Assembly: GCF_000315625.1 (NCBI RefSeq)
Contig: NW_005434589.1
Span: 279,004-343,003, forward strand
Direction of reading: 5' to 3'
Origin: Guillardia theta CCMP2712
Lineage: Eukaryota > Protista > Cryptophyta
Length of the DNA: 64,000 bases
In this document: positions 24,701-36,979 of the stretch, one piece after another
How positions within the stretch are numbered: position 1 is the stretch's first letter
Layout of the letters: each line of letters opens with the position of its first letter
Program-made: the position numbers and the translations under genes
Notes under the pieces: generated by a model
Told to the model about the DNA's origin: nothing
Seen by the model: only the letters and a program-made list of their open reading frames with translations
Databases searched by the model: none

Positions 24701-26641
24701 GCTTCCTACCTTGACCTGAAGCCTCCCAACGGGACTTTCCTGACAGATGCACATATGACTCTGAACTTGTCTTGCACTTTAGCGGCAGCGATCAAGGCGA
24801 TTCACTTTTGTGACCAACCTGTTTCGTACCAGTATCAGGCTGAGACATGTATTGGAAGTTACATTGTCAATGTGACCGATATCGTCAGTCCTTGTGTTTC
24901 GTCTTCGAAAGCGAAGCTGCTGGTCGAGGCACCCGGATTGGACACTAATGTTGCGATAGATCTCTTTCTCAGTTACGCCTTCGACACTCGTTCTCCCAGA
25001 CTCGTCTTTGTTCCATCTACAAACAGCCTCGTGCTCACAATGTCACCAAGACCAGAAGAGTTTTGGAAACATTCCGCTCTTTCATACCTCAACGGAAGAT
25101 ATCAGAACATGATAGCTCTTTGCCTTCACGCAACGAATCCAGCAGGAAATTCTCCTCCTGTGTTCCCAGGGCTCACAGCATCTCTCGGCAGCATCAACGT
25201 GGCTACGTCAAGTGCACTTGTCAACGGCGTTCTCGGAGCCCAGGTGCTGCCCTGCTCGGGTGTCCAGACCATCGTTACAACAGGAAGTTATCCAGCTGAC
25301 GGGTACTGGATCTTCAACTATGACAACATCTACTTGAACAAGACGTCGTGCAACTTCATCATTCAACCTTCAAAGTCGCCTGATATGCTCATCAAGGTAC
25401 AGTTCACAGGGTTTGATATCTCGATGAAGACAGATGTCGTTCGAGTTTATGACGGGGACTCCACAGACGCCTTGTTGATCGGCGCTGTTGTTGACAACAA
25501 CTTCGAGTACCTTTACACTGGCGACGGGCAGCCCTTCTCCTCAAAAATGATTTTCTACACACAAAACTGCAATTTTCTGATACGCTTGGAACGATACACC
25601 AACAATGGGCTACAATTCCAGCAAAGCTTGAACAAGGGATTTCAATTGCAAATCGAACTGAAGAACCCGAATTTGATGGATCATATCATCACAACGATTC
25701 AATATCAAGGAGGTCTCTTGACAGACCTGCAGGTGCAAAAGATCAGATCGTCTCTCGCTCTCAGCTTGGGTCTGATGTTGTCATATGTGATCGTAGAATC
25801 GACAACCCAGTCCTCACGTTCTCTTATCGACAGGGAAACTTCTGCTGCCATGCTCCAGGGAGCGCTGGACCGCTTTGTAAGGAATGGAAAGGCTCGAGCG
25901 TATCAAACCATCTCCTTGCGCATCCTAGCGAACTCGAACAGTGAAGCAGTCCAGGTCCTGAGCGAGCTCAAGAAGACCATCTCCTCTGGCACTCTCACTC
26001 AGCAGATTCGCTCTGCGGGTCTGACTGGGTCTGTATCACTGGTCAGCTCTGCCTTGTATCGATGCGGCATCGAGATCATCTGCGTCGTCGTTAACCAAGT
26101 CGTTACCACCGCCCCTATCATCATAGAGAATGTTACCATGACCACTCCCAAGCCTTTCCCTGTCCAGAAAGTCGTCAAGATCGTCGCTTTCGTCGTGGTT
26201 CCACTTTGTTCCGCGTGTGCTCTGATATGCTGCGGAGTGATCTTTGCGGCGTATCGCACATACTCGCGCAAGTTGAAACTCAGAAACGCGACGAAGAGTA
26301 AGTACCTGGAGTGGCTGGAGGAGCACAAGGAGGGTCTCCATGGAGTTGACGGAAATCTCAAGCAAGTGTGCACAGAATGTGACTTCAACTACAGATTTCT
26401 AGAAGCAGACTGGGATCTCTACGTTGATGAATTTTGTGCAAAATACTTCATGCATTTCGAGGCTGACAAGAAAACTTGGGCGAGTTTGCCGAAAGATTTC
26501 CCCATGCGGTGTGCTCAACTTGCGAAAGATAAAGTGGAAGGAACAGACAAGAAGAAGAAGGTTAGAGTTGCATACGTGTTGATTTGTGAAGAGAGGTGCT
26601 GACATTGCTTGCAGTCGTCTATGTTGCAGATCGCAATCTGA
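6716..26641 (+). CDS. Giant (~6,000 aa) repeat-rich type I membrane/cell-surface protein: signal peptide, ~10 YxxCF repeats, ~22 beta-rich repeats, Cys modules, discoidin-like domain, CUB domain, TM helix, cytoplasmic tail
   Basis: Consecutive long + strand ORFs (6641..8686, 8789..11416, 11418..11990, 12832..14421, 14815..18450, 18580..21618, 21566..22732, 23186..24436, 24485..26602) linked by GT-AG introns. Signal peptide MLVQPVLLLALLLPSLPSSHA; TM VVKIVAFVVVPLCSACALICCGVIFAAY; the same repeat families occur on both sides of the assembly gap. Confidence 0.8.
14465..14564. other. Assembly gap (100 N)
   Basis: Run of n, flanked by poly-A, poly-C and (CCCT)n/(CT)n low-complexity sequence. Confidence 1.
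19350..19790 (+). other. F5/8 type C (discoidin/galactose-binding-like) domain within the giant protein
   Basis: LFDG...IDLDFGENYLLEQFTVY...KDAELYY...GTWR...PIVARQFRILP...LQEVEF matches the family pattern (DG, IDLG, W, ARyvRI, EVE). Confidence 0.55.
25250..25660 (+). other. CUB domain within the giant protein
   Basis: C...YLNKTSCNFIIQP...IKVQFTGFDI...DVVRVYDGDSTDALLIG...KGFQ follows the CUB consensus (Y.N...C.W.I; L.F..FD; D.V.VYDG; GF). Confidence 0.75.
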
Positions 26642-26699
26642 ACATTCAGATGGCTATGTGAATTTTTTTCAGCTAACTTACAAGCTCGTGGCTCAAATC

Positions 26700-27981
26700 G
26701 ACACGATTTACTTGGCTATTTCGAAGGGTTAAGATGCAACCTTGCAAACTTAGTGACTTCCTCAGTCAGAGCTACAGCTTCCTGGATCTTACTCTGATGC
26801 AAGAGATCAGAGGGCCTTGGAGTTACCAGACTATACTCACTCTAACAGCGTCACTTCTTGAGTTTTCCAACATTTCTTTGCTGCTGTTGAATGAGCAGGT
26901 CAGTCAAGGAAAACATCTTGTAGGGATCAACCTTTTGTAGAACTCTTCGGCAGGTTCGACAATCAGGTCTTGTGCAGTCTTGCCTGAACTACAACAAGAC
27001 TGAGAAGCACTTTTCAAGAATCCTTCAGTTCTCACTAGTTCTCACACTTGGCCAATTTCTTCTTGGCACTCACCAGTGCACGAATTGCATCCTTCCCTTT
27101 CTGCCTGTTGGAGTAAGAGGCCATGGCGGCAAAATGCAGCGGTGTGTTGCCATGGATATCAACAATCATGGGATTCTGATGTCGAAGATTCAACAACCCT
27201 TCTTCGCAATCAATCCACTCACCGCTTTCGCCTCAAGCAAGAGTTTGATCGACTTCTTGTTCAAGTTACGGGCGGCATAGTGGAGTGGTGTGATTCCAGT
27301 CTGAACAGTCCAGTCAAACTCCCGTCAAAGGAGGAGGTGTCCGTTACTCGATCGAAGACGTTGACGTTGGCGTTATTGTCCAGCAGATGTTGGATCACCT
27401 CAGTCAAGCATGTCAGTCCCTTGTCTCGCTTCTGTGCTTTCCGCAGATTTTCACCTTCTTATGGGACCCTTGAAGTTCCTTGATCAGCGTGTTTCTGAAG
27501 GACGCCTCCAGCAGGCAGGCGTTGGCGCCACTCTGACAGTCAAAGTGAGGAAAGGAGAGGAGAGAGCGATGGCCTCACGAGGTCGAACTTCTTGTCGTTG
27601 GGTAACAGCCCCTGGAGAAGCTGGTTCAGCTTGCTTCACTTGCTGCTCAGTGGTGGTCGCTTACCCCCGCGCACCAACAATCCTTTCCCGAGGAGCATCT
27701 AGGCAACATGATTAGCAGAGTATGAAGCACGACTCTAAATCCTTACTCGAATGGTCTCCCTATAGACGCTAAGTGTGGTTCGTAATCTGGGAGCTTTCAG
27801 CATTTGAATGAACCTTAAAAGAAATACATTTCGACTGAGAGTTTTCCATGCCCCCATTTTCATTGTCATCCTTCGATGCCTGTGTGAAAGAAGAATAGTG
27901 AGACAACAAGGTCAGCTCACAGAAGTTTTGACTTACTTTGTCTTTATCTTTTTTCTTGCGCTTCTTCGCTAAAAATCGCAT
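26700..27981 (-). CDS. Ankyrin-repeat protein, multi-exon
   Basis: Spliced minus-strand reading gives VIQHLLDNNANVNVFDR, TGITPLHYAARN...IKLLLEAKA and NPMIVDIHGNTPLHFAA; ends approximate. Confidence 0.75.
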
Positions 27982-28111
27982 TGCAGCTTTGACTGAAGAG
28001 AGAATGGATACAAGACTCTGCCAAGTGAAACGACTCGGGTGATGACGATAGGGAACAAGCAGTAGAGCTAGGGTGAGCTAGAGGCGAAACGACCTAAGAC
28101 CAAGAAGCTAT

Positions 28112-28233
<122 letters not shown>

Positions 28234-28428
28234 ACCGGACGTTCGGTAGCAACCGGACTCCCGATATAGAGAGAAAGAGTCCGCCTCAGACAAATGGACA
28301 GGCGGGCTCGGTGGTATCGAATCTGATCAACCAATCTCCCTATGTGCTGGTCAGGTCACCGTCATAAGACTTTCGACATGACAGGTCAAGTTCGAATTGC
28401 CTTTCAACACCACAACGTCGAAAATTTA

Positions 28429-30538
28429 TCACATCTGATAGTTCAAGGTTTCAAAGATAAAGGCAAATCGTTTCTTCACTGCTTCTTTCTGCTCCTCATT
28501 CAATCGCTTGCGAACGTCACTCACAGTCAGGCCGCCAATCAAGTCTGCCATAGATGTCATTACCGACAGGCTGTTCTTCTTGAAGTCCGTCATCCCTTCT
28601 CGATATTTCTTGAACATGGCACTCTGGTCAAAAGATGTCAGCGAGCGGCAGGTGCAGGAGTGTGTATTCGCCTCAGTAAGATTCTTGATATCTCCCAGCG
28701 AGAATTGATCATAGATTGACTCCATTCTGAGTGAAGATACGTCAGAAAGACCGTAGGCAGCGGAAGTTGGATGAGCAGTGACGTTTTTATGATGTCGTTT
28801 TCCATCTCTTCGAACTTTATCTCCACCTTCCCTCACATCAAGGAGAGGATCGAGAAGACACAATTGAGGTACCAAATTTCCTTTGGGTATCAGATTCCGA
28901 TGTTTGAAGTATTCTCTGTATCTTTGACCTTGTGTCAGAGTGCAAGGGGCCATCTATACTCCTCACATGATCTCCATCTGGTCAAGAACGAAGTCGCTGA
29001 TATCTGCATCACTGGGTTCGTTCAGGTAAGTGTACCTGTCGAGTCAATAATTCAGGCCGTCTGGCCAGGGGGTCTGCGATCAGATCATCACCAGTAGTAG
29101 GATTGAGCCATGTGCACTGCAGATTGAACGACCGTGTATGGGTCCCGGTAGCAGAAGATAAACTTTGCCTGGGGAGGAGCAAACAACAACGAGCATGAGT
29201 GCATCAGAGTCTTGATACCCTCCAACATCACAACTTGCCTTCGGGAAGAGACGCAACAGGGTTGGTATCTGGCAAGAAGAAGAGAGGAAATCAGAGAGGC
29301 TGGTAGACATATTTGGTAGGATATCAACCCGCGATGTGTGAACGGGTGATTTGATTATCAGCCGACGATGGGCTGATTGCTTAGCAAGGCTGCGATCATT
29401 CCTAATGAAAGTTCAAATTGGAACAGATTGTGATGATGAAACCAGTATGTTATCTTCTTAAGAAAGAAAAGAAACGACGCTGTCCAGGTCTGCTGTTAGA
29501 TCAGGTGCTGCCGCGAAATCTTTGGTTCAAACAACTAAGTACATCCAATCTTTCCTTCGTGGTGTTTAGATTCAAAAGATCCAGGTAAGTCTGCCAATTG
29601 AATGATGACCTCCAACTCCAGTACTCTGTCCTATCACCTTGTATTGCGACATGAAGAACAGTGGCATGTACGCGCTACACCCTGCCCACCAGTGTTACTT
29701 CGCTGTCCATAAGACTTCAGTTCAAACCTCCGGATAACAAGGTCGTTGCAATCTCGTCCTCGCCTTCTCAGTCTTGTCAACAAACACTTGCGTTTGCGTT
29801 TGAAATCAAGCTACCAGGCAGATCAAGACTCAGTTCCATGTTGTCCATCGGCCTGAAGCGATTTAGAGGAACGGAGGCTGAGATGCAGGAAGACCTCTTC
29901 TTGTCGACAAAGAAACTGAGCAGCCACTAGTGAAAGAGGCATGTGAGAATGTCTCCACCGCTGAGAGACAACAAACCTGAAAGTTCGACATCAAGATGAA
30001 AGTTGACGGGAACCCAACTTGCAAGTTGGTGGCAAACGAGAAACGCGCATCTGACGACAACACATTGTGCACAAGAGTTGTGCCTGTACAACCAAAACTG
30101 TTAGCTGGAAAAACTATTCCTTCACAAGAAGACCGGTACGTGGGTGGCCGATGACGAATATCGGCTCATCGTTCAATTGGACCTGAGAAATTGCAAACTT
30201 GTGCCTGATGCTTTCGAGAACTGACAAGATGGTGTTGAAAATCGCAAACATCAGCAAACAACATATTCTGACGCCATACTTGAACCATTCGACATACTTC
30301 CTGTTCCTGGAAAGAACAAGTTTTGCTAAGACGCTACATAGTTTCCTTCCCCAACCATCCATCACCTGATCAGGATCCCTAGGAGTTGAGGTAAAGTTGC
30401 GCCGAAGAGAATGTTGTTCTTGCAGCTCAGAACTCCAACCCGATGAAACTTGAACAAAGAATCTCGTCTGTCACTTCCCTCCTGCCTGTCCCCCGTCTCC
30501 TCCCTTCTATCCCCGCCCCTCTTCCTGAGTTTCGCCAT
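28429..30538 (-). CDS. Sulfotransferase family protein (Sulfotransfer_3-like), many small exons
   Basis: PAPS-binding EPIFVIGHPRTG(TT)LVHNVL, RPMDNM, KSPVHT, and AKFIFCYRDPYTVVQS; C-terminal ...FAFIFETLNYQM*. Confidence 0.85.
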
Positions 30539-30857
30539 TTTATATCTAAGAATCAAGTCCCCTCCAGAGGCTGGAAATAAACACTTCTGAGAGACACCAA
30601 ATTACTCATAGGTATTTTAATAAGATAGTAGTGAAGTTACTGTAATATATCAACCATGACGTTGGATAGCTAAATGAGAAAAAATAATCTTTAGCTTAAG
30701 GATTTATCACCTCATCAGGAGTGACCAGAGCCAGGGGCGGGGAATGCACGACAAAGGATTTCATTCCAAGGGTAGCCAAGGAGGAGGGAGCGAGAGAGCA
30801 AGGAGAGGAGTTCCTTCTTTTTGAAAGAGCTTGCAACCAAAAATCCTGAGGACAGCA

Positions 30858-33800
30858 TGATGCAAAGACATCAAGAAAATCAAGAGTTCCAGCCTGGGGA
30901 ACCTGGCTACATTTCGCCCGACTCTACCCCGAAGAGGTCTGTTCTGGACAAGATCAAGTTGTTTCACCAGGTTGTTGTGGAACCAAAGCTAATCGTGCCT
31001 TCTGTCTGATTGAGTTGCACCCAACAGAAAGTTTCTGACTCCGAAGAAACCAATCAACCTTCGAAGAAATGGGAAGTGAGCAAAAAGGCGGAGAATTCTT
31101 CTGGAAACAAAGCATCGCGCTCGAAAGAGACGAGTGCTTCTTGTCAAGTTGCGGTAACTTGTGTTGAGGCTCGTGAAGTACCTCTCCTTCCGGGGGATCC
31201 GCTGCCCAACAGGTTCGGTTCTGCGATCTCCGGTTCGCATCATCCTTCCTAATTGAGATGGTGTGACGACAGTTGTTGCCGAGTTTCTCTCATAGCTCCG
31301 GGAATAGAGCCCGTATCGTCTGATACCAAGGTAGGACATCATCGTTCCTCTACCTTCTGCTCATGAAACTTGCAGATCGTTCGAGGATCGGTCTCCCCCA
31401 AGTGGAAGGAACGGTTGATCTTTGGGATAGAGGAGGTTGGTTGTGCAGGTAGCGGATAGAGGTTGAGAGCATCTGCTGCTGGCAGGACCTTGTAAAGTGG
31501 ACCTGCATTCGTATCGAACTCGTCGGAGTGTCGGAGAATGGGGAAACTGTATCTCCAGTGATCCTCATGATCGATTTGCGGTGACGGTGAATGTCAGGTA
31601 AACCATGGGAAGATCCGCTTGATTCACGTCTCTGAGTTGCAAGATCAAGCCTGGGTTGCTGGATGGTTTGAGGTTGTTCTTGCTGTCTGCATGCTCCATG
31701 TATCCATTCTCACCTCACGCAGCTGTACGACGAGGATGAGAACCCTGTGGGCAAGTCTGCAATACGAGTTACCATACGCTTCAACAGGCAGCAAGCCAAA
31801 GGTTCGAGAGAGTTGTTGCAGCATCTGACAGACTAGGTTGACTGACTGTGCCGTGTGATCTGTTGCAAATCATCAGAATCTGTAAATATGCCAGTGGTTT
31901 CAAGTAAAGAAGTCACGGATCCGTCGTCTGAAAATTCAGGCGGAGGGAGTCCATACTCGTGCAGCAGCGATGTCAGGTGATCATCGTCTCTCCTTACCCT
32001 CTGGTGGGTCACTCAACTGTTTACAGCAAATCTCCTTCGGGCCCGAAGACTCAATTCTCATCCAGAGGAAGCCAGCCAGCATATCCTTCTCTCACCAGCA
32101 GTGCTGCGGATCGAGATGGTCAGGAACCTGCCGGAGAAATGAATGACTTTGGGACACCCAAGAATCACAAGCTGCCTTGCAAGAGTGACGCTGATGAATG
32201 TCAAGCAAATCTGACTGACGAGAGGTGATCGAGCGATTTGTTCTCGCGAATGCTCAGCGATGTGAGTAGGACGCCTTCACCCCGTCCACATCGGGCGAAC
32301 TTAAATTCCAAGGAAGCTAAGCATACTCCCAGCAAGCAAATTTCACCAAAACAAAGAAACGTGGAGATAGACAGCGACAGCAACAAAAAGGATCTTTCTC
32401 GAAGTCCGTTTCAGGCATTTCATCTCTTCATTTTCGCTTCATGGCCTGATGCTTCTCTATCAGTTGCTTAAAAACGTGTGGGAAGTGGATAGCGAGGACG
32501 AAGTAATGGATGATCAATTTCATCTCACCACTACGTGCTTCTAACAAGTCTTCTGTCTAGGATGAGAGCCATCAACTCGAGGGAAAGGACAAGTTTGCGA
32601 CTTGTGAGTCGAACTTACAAGCAACACATGGCCAGCTAGAAGGGTACAAGAGTCATTCGCAAGCTCCTGAACGCTCCGAGGCTGACAGCATATTGTCATC
32701 ACAAAAATCATCACAGAACATTGGTTCCGTTGGAGACTTTGGTATGGACGGATTTAATGACTTCAAAAATCTGAAAATCTTTCCAACAACAGCCTCCAGT
32801 AGTAAGTTGTACGCGCACAGTGCATCGAGTGGTAAACAGGCCCCTCCATCGACGCCGACGAACTTTCAAACCTCCTCGACTAAAGAGGTGGTGGGAGGAC
32901 AAGATGGGGCAGCGGATGCAGGGCAAGTGAGGGGCCAGACTGAGTCGTCGGGCCCCTCCAGTGCAGAGACTCGAAGAATGCCTTGGGCTCAGCGAGAACA
33001 AGTTTGACGTGGGGAAATTGATTGATTGCGATGACAAGAGTACAGATTCGAAGACTCAAAAGTCAAGTTGCCCAGCTGCAAGCTAGACTTTTGGAGAAGG
33101 TGATTTTCATGTTGAATTGTCAGAGTGGATGACTGAGTCGGGTCAGGAGCAAGAGCTGACGGTGGAGCGTGAGAAATCAGGACAGGCGGAAGAGAGGTAC
33201 AAGTGCTATTGACTGCCTTTTAATGTCCTGAACGACTATCGGATACAGAGCAAAGGCGATTGAAAGCCATCGCGATAAAGAAAACGACAAGTTGAACCTT
33301 CTTCTGGAAGGCTTCAAAGAGTCTGAGATCAAACCTTGCAGAGATGTAAATTACATCCGACGCCTCCAACAAGAAGTTCAGGCAGAAAGAGCGTTGAGAT
33401 TATCTGCTGAAAACATGCTGAAGTACGCGGGCAGCAAATTGTTTTCCTCAAGTAAACTCATTCTCGCAGGCAAGCAAATCGAAAAATCGAATCTTTGGAT
33501 AAAATTATCAACGAGAATGTGCAAGCATGGATGGTGTCAATCTCATGATCAAAGGCGTTGAGGGATGAAAAGCTAATACTGATGATCCGTGTTCAGATGT
33601 TGGAAGCTGCTGTGTGCGAGAAGATTTCAAACACACGAGAGGGCACAGGTTTCATTGTCACGTCTTTTCAGGAATTCGTCTGACACTCTCCAACAGCCAG
33701 TGAGGCCTTTTCAACACCCTCCGTGGTCAAGCTTTCTTCTGTTTGCTTCTCCGACCTTGTGTTTGACATGTAGATTTCAGACTAAGATGGACAGGTGGAT

Positions 33801-33990
33801 CAACCACAAAGGTTCTTCGCGAACTTCCCCGAAATGGTACGTCCCGCCATTCCCGTTGCTTCCTGGGAAGATGACGCAGCGCAGGAATGAGACGACGAGC
33901 AGCTCAGTGAGCGAAGAGAAGCGGCGCGAACATGCTTCCGCATTGCCGGTGGACGATATTTGAGATGTTCGACTAGCAGACAGCTGAAGC
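30858..33990 (+). CDS. Multi-exon hypothetical protein, low-complexity with C-terminal coiled coil
   Basis: Series of short + strand exons bounded by GT/AG; coiled-coil-like text IRRLQQEVQAERALRLSAENMLK; boundaries uncertain, could be more than one gene. Confidence 0.4.
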
Positions 33991-34049
33991 AACCTCAACC
34001 TGATGGGTCTTGTGATCTCGCACGTGTCGGTAGGGAAAGTCCGACACTG

Positions 34050-35197
34050 CTACCATGGAATCGGCTCTCGCTCACGATAGAATCCTCCGCTGGGACATTC
34101 CGACGGCCTTTCGATCGCCCAGATCACGTCGCCTGCATGAGACTGAGACCCTGAGGGGAACCCGGCTATCTCACCTGCGGCCTGCGCGGGCGTCAAGACT
34201 CTGTCTCCCTCTCCTGCCGAGCACATCCGTGTGTCCACGTCCCCCGGGCAGACAGCGACAGCCCGGAGCTTCAGCTGGCTCATCTCAATCTGGTATCAAG
34301 GGTTACTCCCTGCCTGCTCCCTTTCTCTCCCCACCTCCCTTGCTTGTATCCTTGTCAAGACATTCAGTGCCGCCTTCGACACGCTGTAGGCTGGAGTTGG
34401 ACCGAACGCCTGTAGGGCCAAGTGAAAACCCAGCAGCTGCCTGTGGCTATCCAACCAGCTCTTGTCCCCTCAGACAAGTTCCTTCCCATAGCTCCCTCAA
34501 AAGGCTTTCCAGGTCGCTCTCGGACTGGACCTCCTTTAGGAGTCGTTGAAGTTCGCTGAGAGCAGGAATTAGCGCTCATCAACACGATGCAACAACGAAA
34601 TGCTGGAGCATTACCTGTTCAGACAAGCAAGCTCCCCATCACCACTCGAAATGTTGATTATGATTCCTCCTCGAGCATTCTCGTTACTTGTTTCTGACAT
34701 GCCATGCATGAGGAGTTTGGAGAGGCGCGCTGGGCCGAAAACGTTCACCTAGAAAGATATACTGACTGAAAGCTCTGTCATGAATCATTCAGAACCTGCA
34801 TTGTCCGCTTGAGAACTTCTCTTTCACTTCCAGGAATGCAGATCGCGGCGTTGTTTATAAGAATGTCTGGTAGTTTGAGGCCGGCCCGGCCGTTCGAGCA
34901 ACACTCAACAAACTCATCTATTGCTTTCTCATTTGACATGTCTAGTCCATACCAAACCTTTCCACTGGTTTCAATGCTTCTTTCTGTCTCGATTGTTCTC
35001 CTTGTGTCTATCACAAAATATCCTCTCCTTCCTAGCTCGCTTACGATTGCTTTTCCCAATCCCCTTGCACCTCCAGTAACCACAGCGACATACGGTGCAT
35101 GAGCTATCGATGAGACTCCTGCCCCTCCTGCCCCTCCTGCCCCTCCCCCTCCCCCTCCCAGGCTCTGCAGCATCATGAAACCAAGGAATCCGAGCAT
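34050..35197 (-). CDS. Short-chain dehydrogenase/reductase (carbonyl reductase-like)
   Basis: VAVVTGGARGLG (NAD(P) binding), DILINNAAI, catalytic AYSVSKAALN, VAVCPGDVDTRM, and GGFYREREPIPW*. Confidence 0.9.
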
Positions 35198-35417
35198 TGG
35201 GCGCTTTGTGGGACTGGAAACCGCACGCAACGGCCGCATCGGCCAAATGGACTTGTAAAAGAAACGGAAACAACGGAGATTCTTTTTACTATGGTCAAAG
35301 ACGGTTACAAAGACGTTATGTGTATGGGGAAATTGGCGAAGTAGGGGAACACGAGAACCATGCCGATGTGGCGATATTTACCCGATAGAATAAAGGAAGA
35401 GAGGAAGATGGCAAGTA

Positions 35418-35692
35418 GTCAGTCAGTCAGTCAGTCAGTCAGTCAGTCAGTCAGTCAGTCAGTCAGTCAGTCAGTCAGTCAGTCAGTCAGTCAGTCAGTC
35501 AGTCAGTCAGTCAGTCAGTCAGTCAGTCAGTCAGTCAGTCAGTCAGTCAGTCAGTCAGTCAGTCAGTCAGTCAGTCAGTCAGTCAGTCAGTCAGTCAGTC
35601 AGTCAGTCAGTCAGTCAGTCAGTCAGTCAGTCAGTCAGTCAGTCAGTCAGTCAGTAGTGAGGAAGGAAGGAAGGAAGGAAGGAAGGAAGGAA
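35418..35692. repeat. (TCAG)n microsatellite (~59 units) followed by (GAAG)n
   Basis: Perfect tandem array between the divergent SDR and PIS genes. Confidence 0.97.
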
Positions 35693-35866
35693 GAACAACA
35701 AGCTGACGGAAGACCGATATGAACAGGGACTCACTACAAGCATGCAAGCATAAGAGAATAGTTTTAGATACGCAAACAAAAATGGAATGCCAGAAAGTCG
35801 TAGTTGAGCATCTGGGCATAAATGAATGAAGTGGCATGTAATTCATTTCTAGGATCCGCGCACACG

Positions 35867-36951
35867 ATGGAGAACATTCATCTGTTTGTTCCCAACGTTA
35901 TCGGGTAAGTTGTGCAGATCTGTATTAGATTTATTCTGATCTTCTCTCCACCCGAATGTCGATACAGATATATACGTATTGCAACAGGATTGCTCGCTTT
36001 TTATTTCTGCGAAGATTGGAAGTTATTTTTTGGGTACACAGACTGTCTTCGCAGTCGTTTGCTGACTGTTCGCTCAAGCTTTTATTTTGTATCATATTTT
36101 CTTGACTGTCTGGATGGACTTGCTGCTCGTCATTTTAATCAAGCGACAAGGTTCGGTCAGATGCTTGACATGGTATGAAAGCTCGCTAGAGATTGAGAAA
36201 CGGGGTAAACAGTCGTTGGTAGGTCACGGACAGATGTTGCACGGCGTGTTTGTTAGGGTTGTTGGCGTAAGACATTTGCACGTCTGGAATCTCCTCTCAT
36301 TTTCATGCAGTCACTTGTATATGAACAACTATGCATTTCTGTTCTTCGTCCTACTCTCTTTGGATCTTGCCTCCCATTACTGCCACGTCTACAGTCAGGT
36401 GGAGTTCGAAACTTGGCTTCCAACATTCTAACTTGTTGGAGTAGCTGTTGGCAGGAACGTCAAGTCACAAAGAGGTGAGTTGTCAGCAAGTGTTTGTGAT
36501 GAGACTAAAACTTTGTTCGTTCAGCTTTCAGAAAACGAACATTGGTTACTCAAGCTGTATTACCACAAGAGAATGGTTGTCTAACCCTGGGCAGGCTCCA
36601 ACAGTCTGGTTGATGTAGCTGGCAGGTTCTCTTCTTCCTGTGCCTCCTCAACGAGACTTTCTTTGTCATGTGCTACCTCATTCATTATGAGCAGCAGATC
36701 AAGGCAACCTTGGGATGGGTAGGTTGGAGGGTGCAGACGATACCCGAAGATGAGCTTGTGCTGTAGGCCATGCCGTTGATCATGGGCGTATTCTATCTTT
36801 GCTTGCCAGGAGCTGTAATCAAGCAATACATCAATCTACTGCAGGCAAGGGCGAGTGTGTATGTTTTACGTCTTGACATTCGTTGCAGCTTTTTTCAGGA
36901 TGCAATAGGATAATTGAATATGACATGAAGGAGCGAAGAAAGCAGAAGTGA
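35867..36951 (+). CDS. PIS1: CDP-diacylglycerol--inositol 3-phosphatidyltransferase (phosphatidylinositol synthase), multi-exon
   Basis: MENIHLFVPNVIGYIR, CDP-alcohol motif LDCLDGLAARHFNQATRFGQMLDMVTDR, LDLASHY, SSHK, and C-terminal ...IIEYDMKERRKQK* (TGA 36949-36951). Confidence 0.93.
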
Positions 36952-36979
36952 TGAAGGAGCGAAGAAAGGATAAGTAACG

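Noticed and set aside
35360-35722. ORF with SQSV repeats
   Set aside because: Translation of the (TCAG)n microsatellite in an intergenic region
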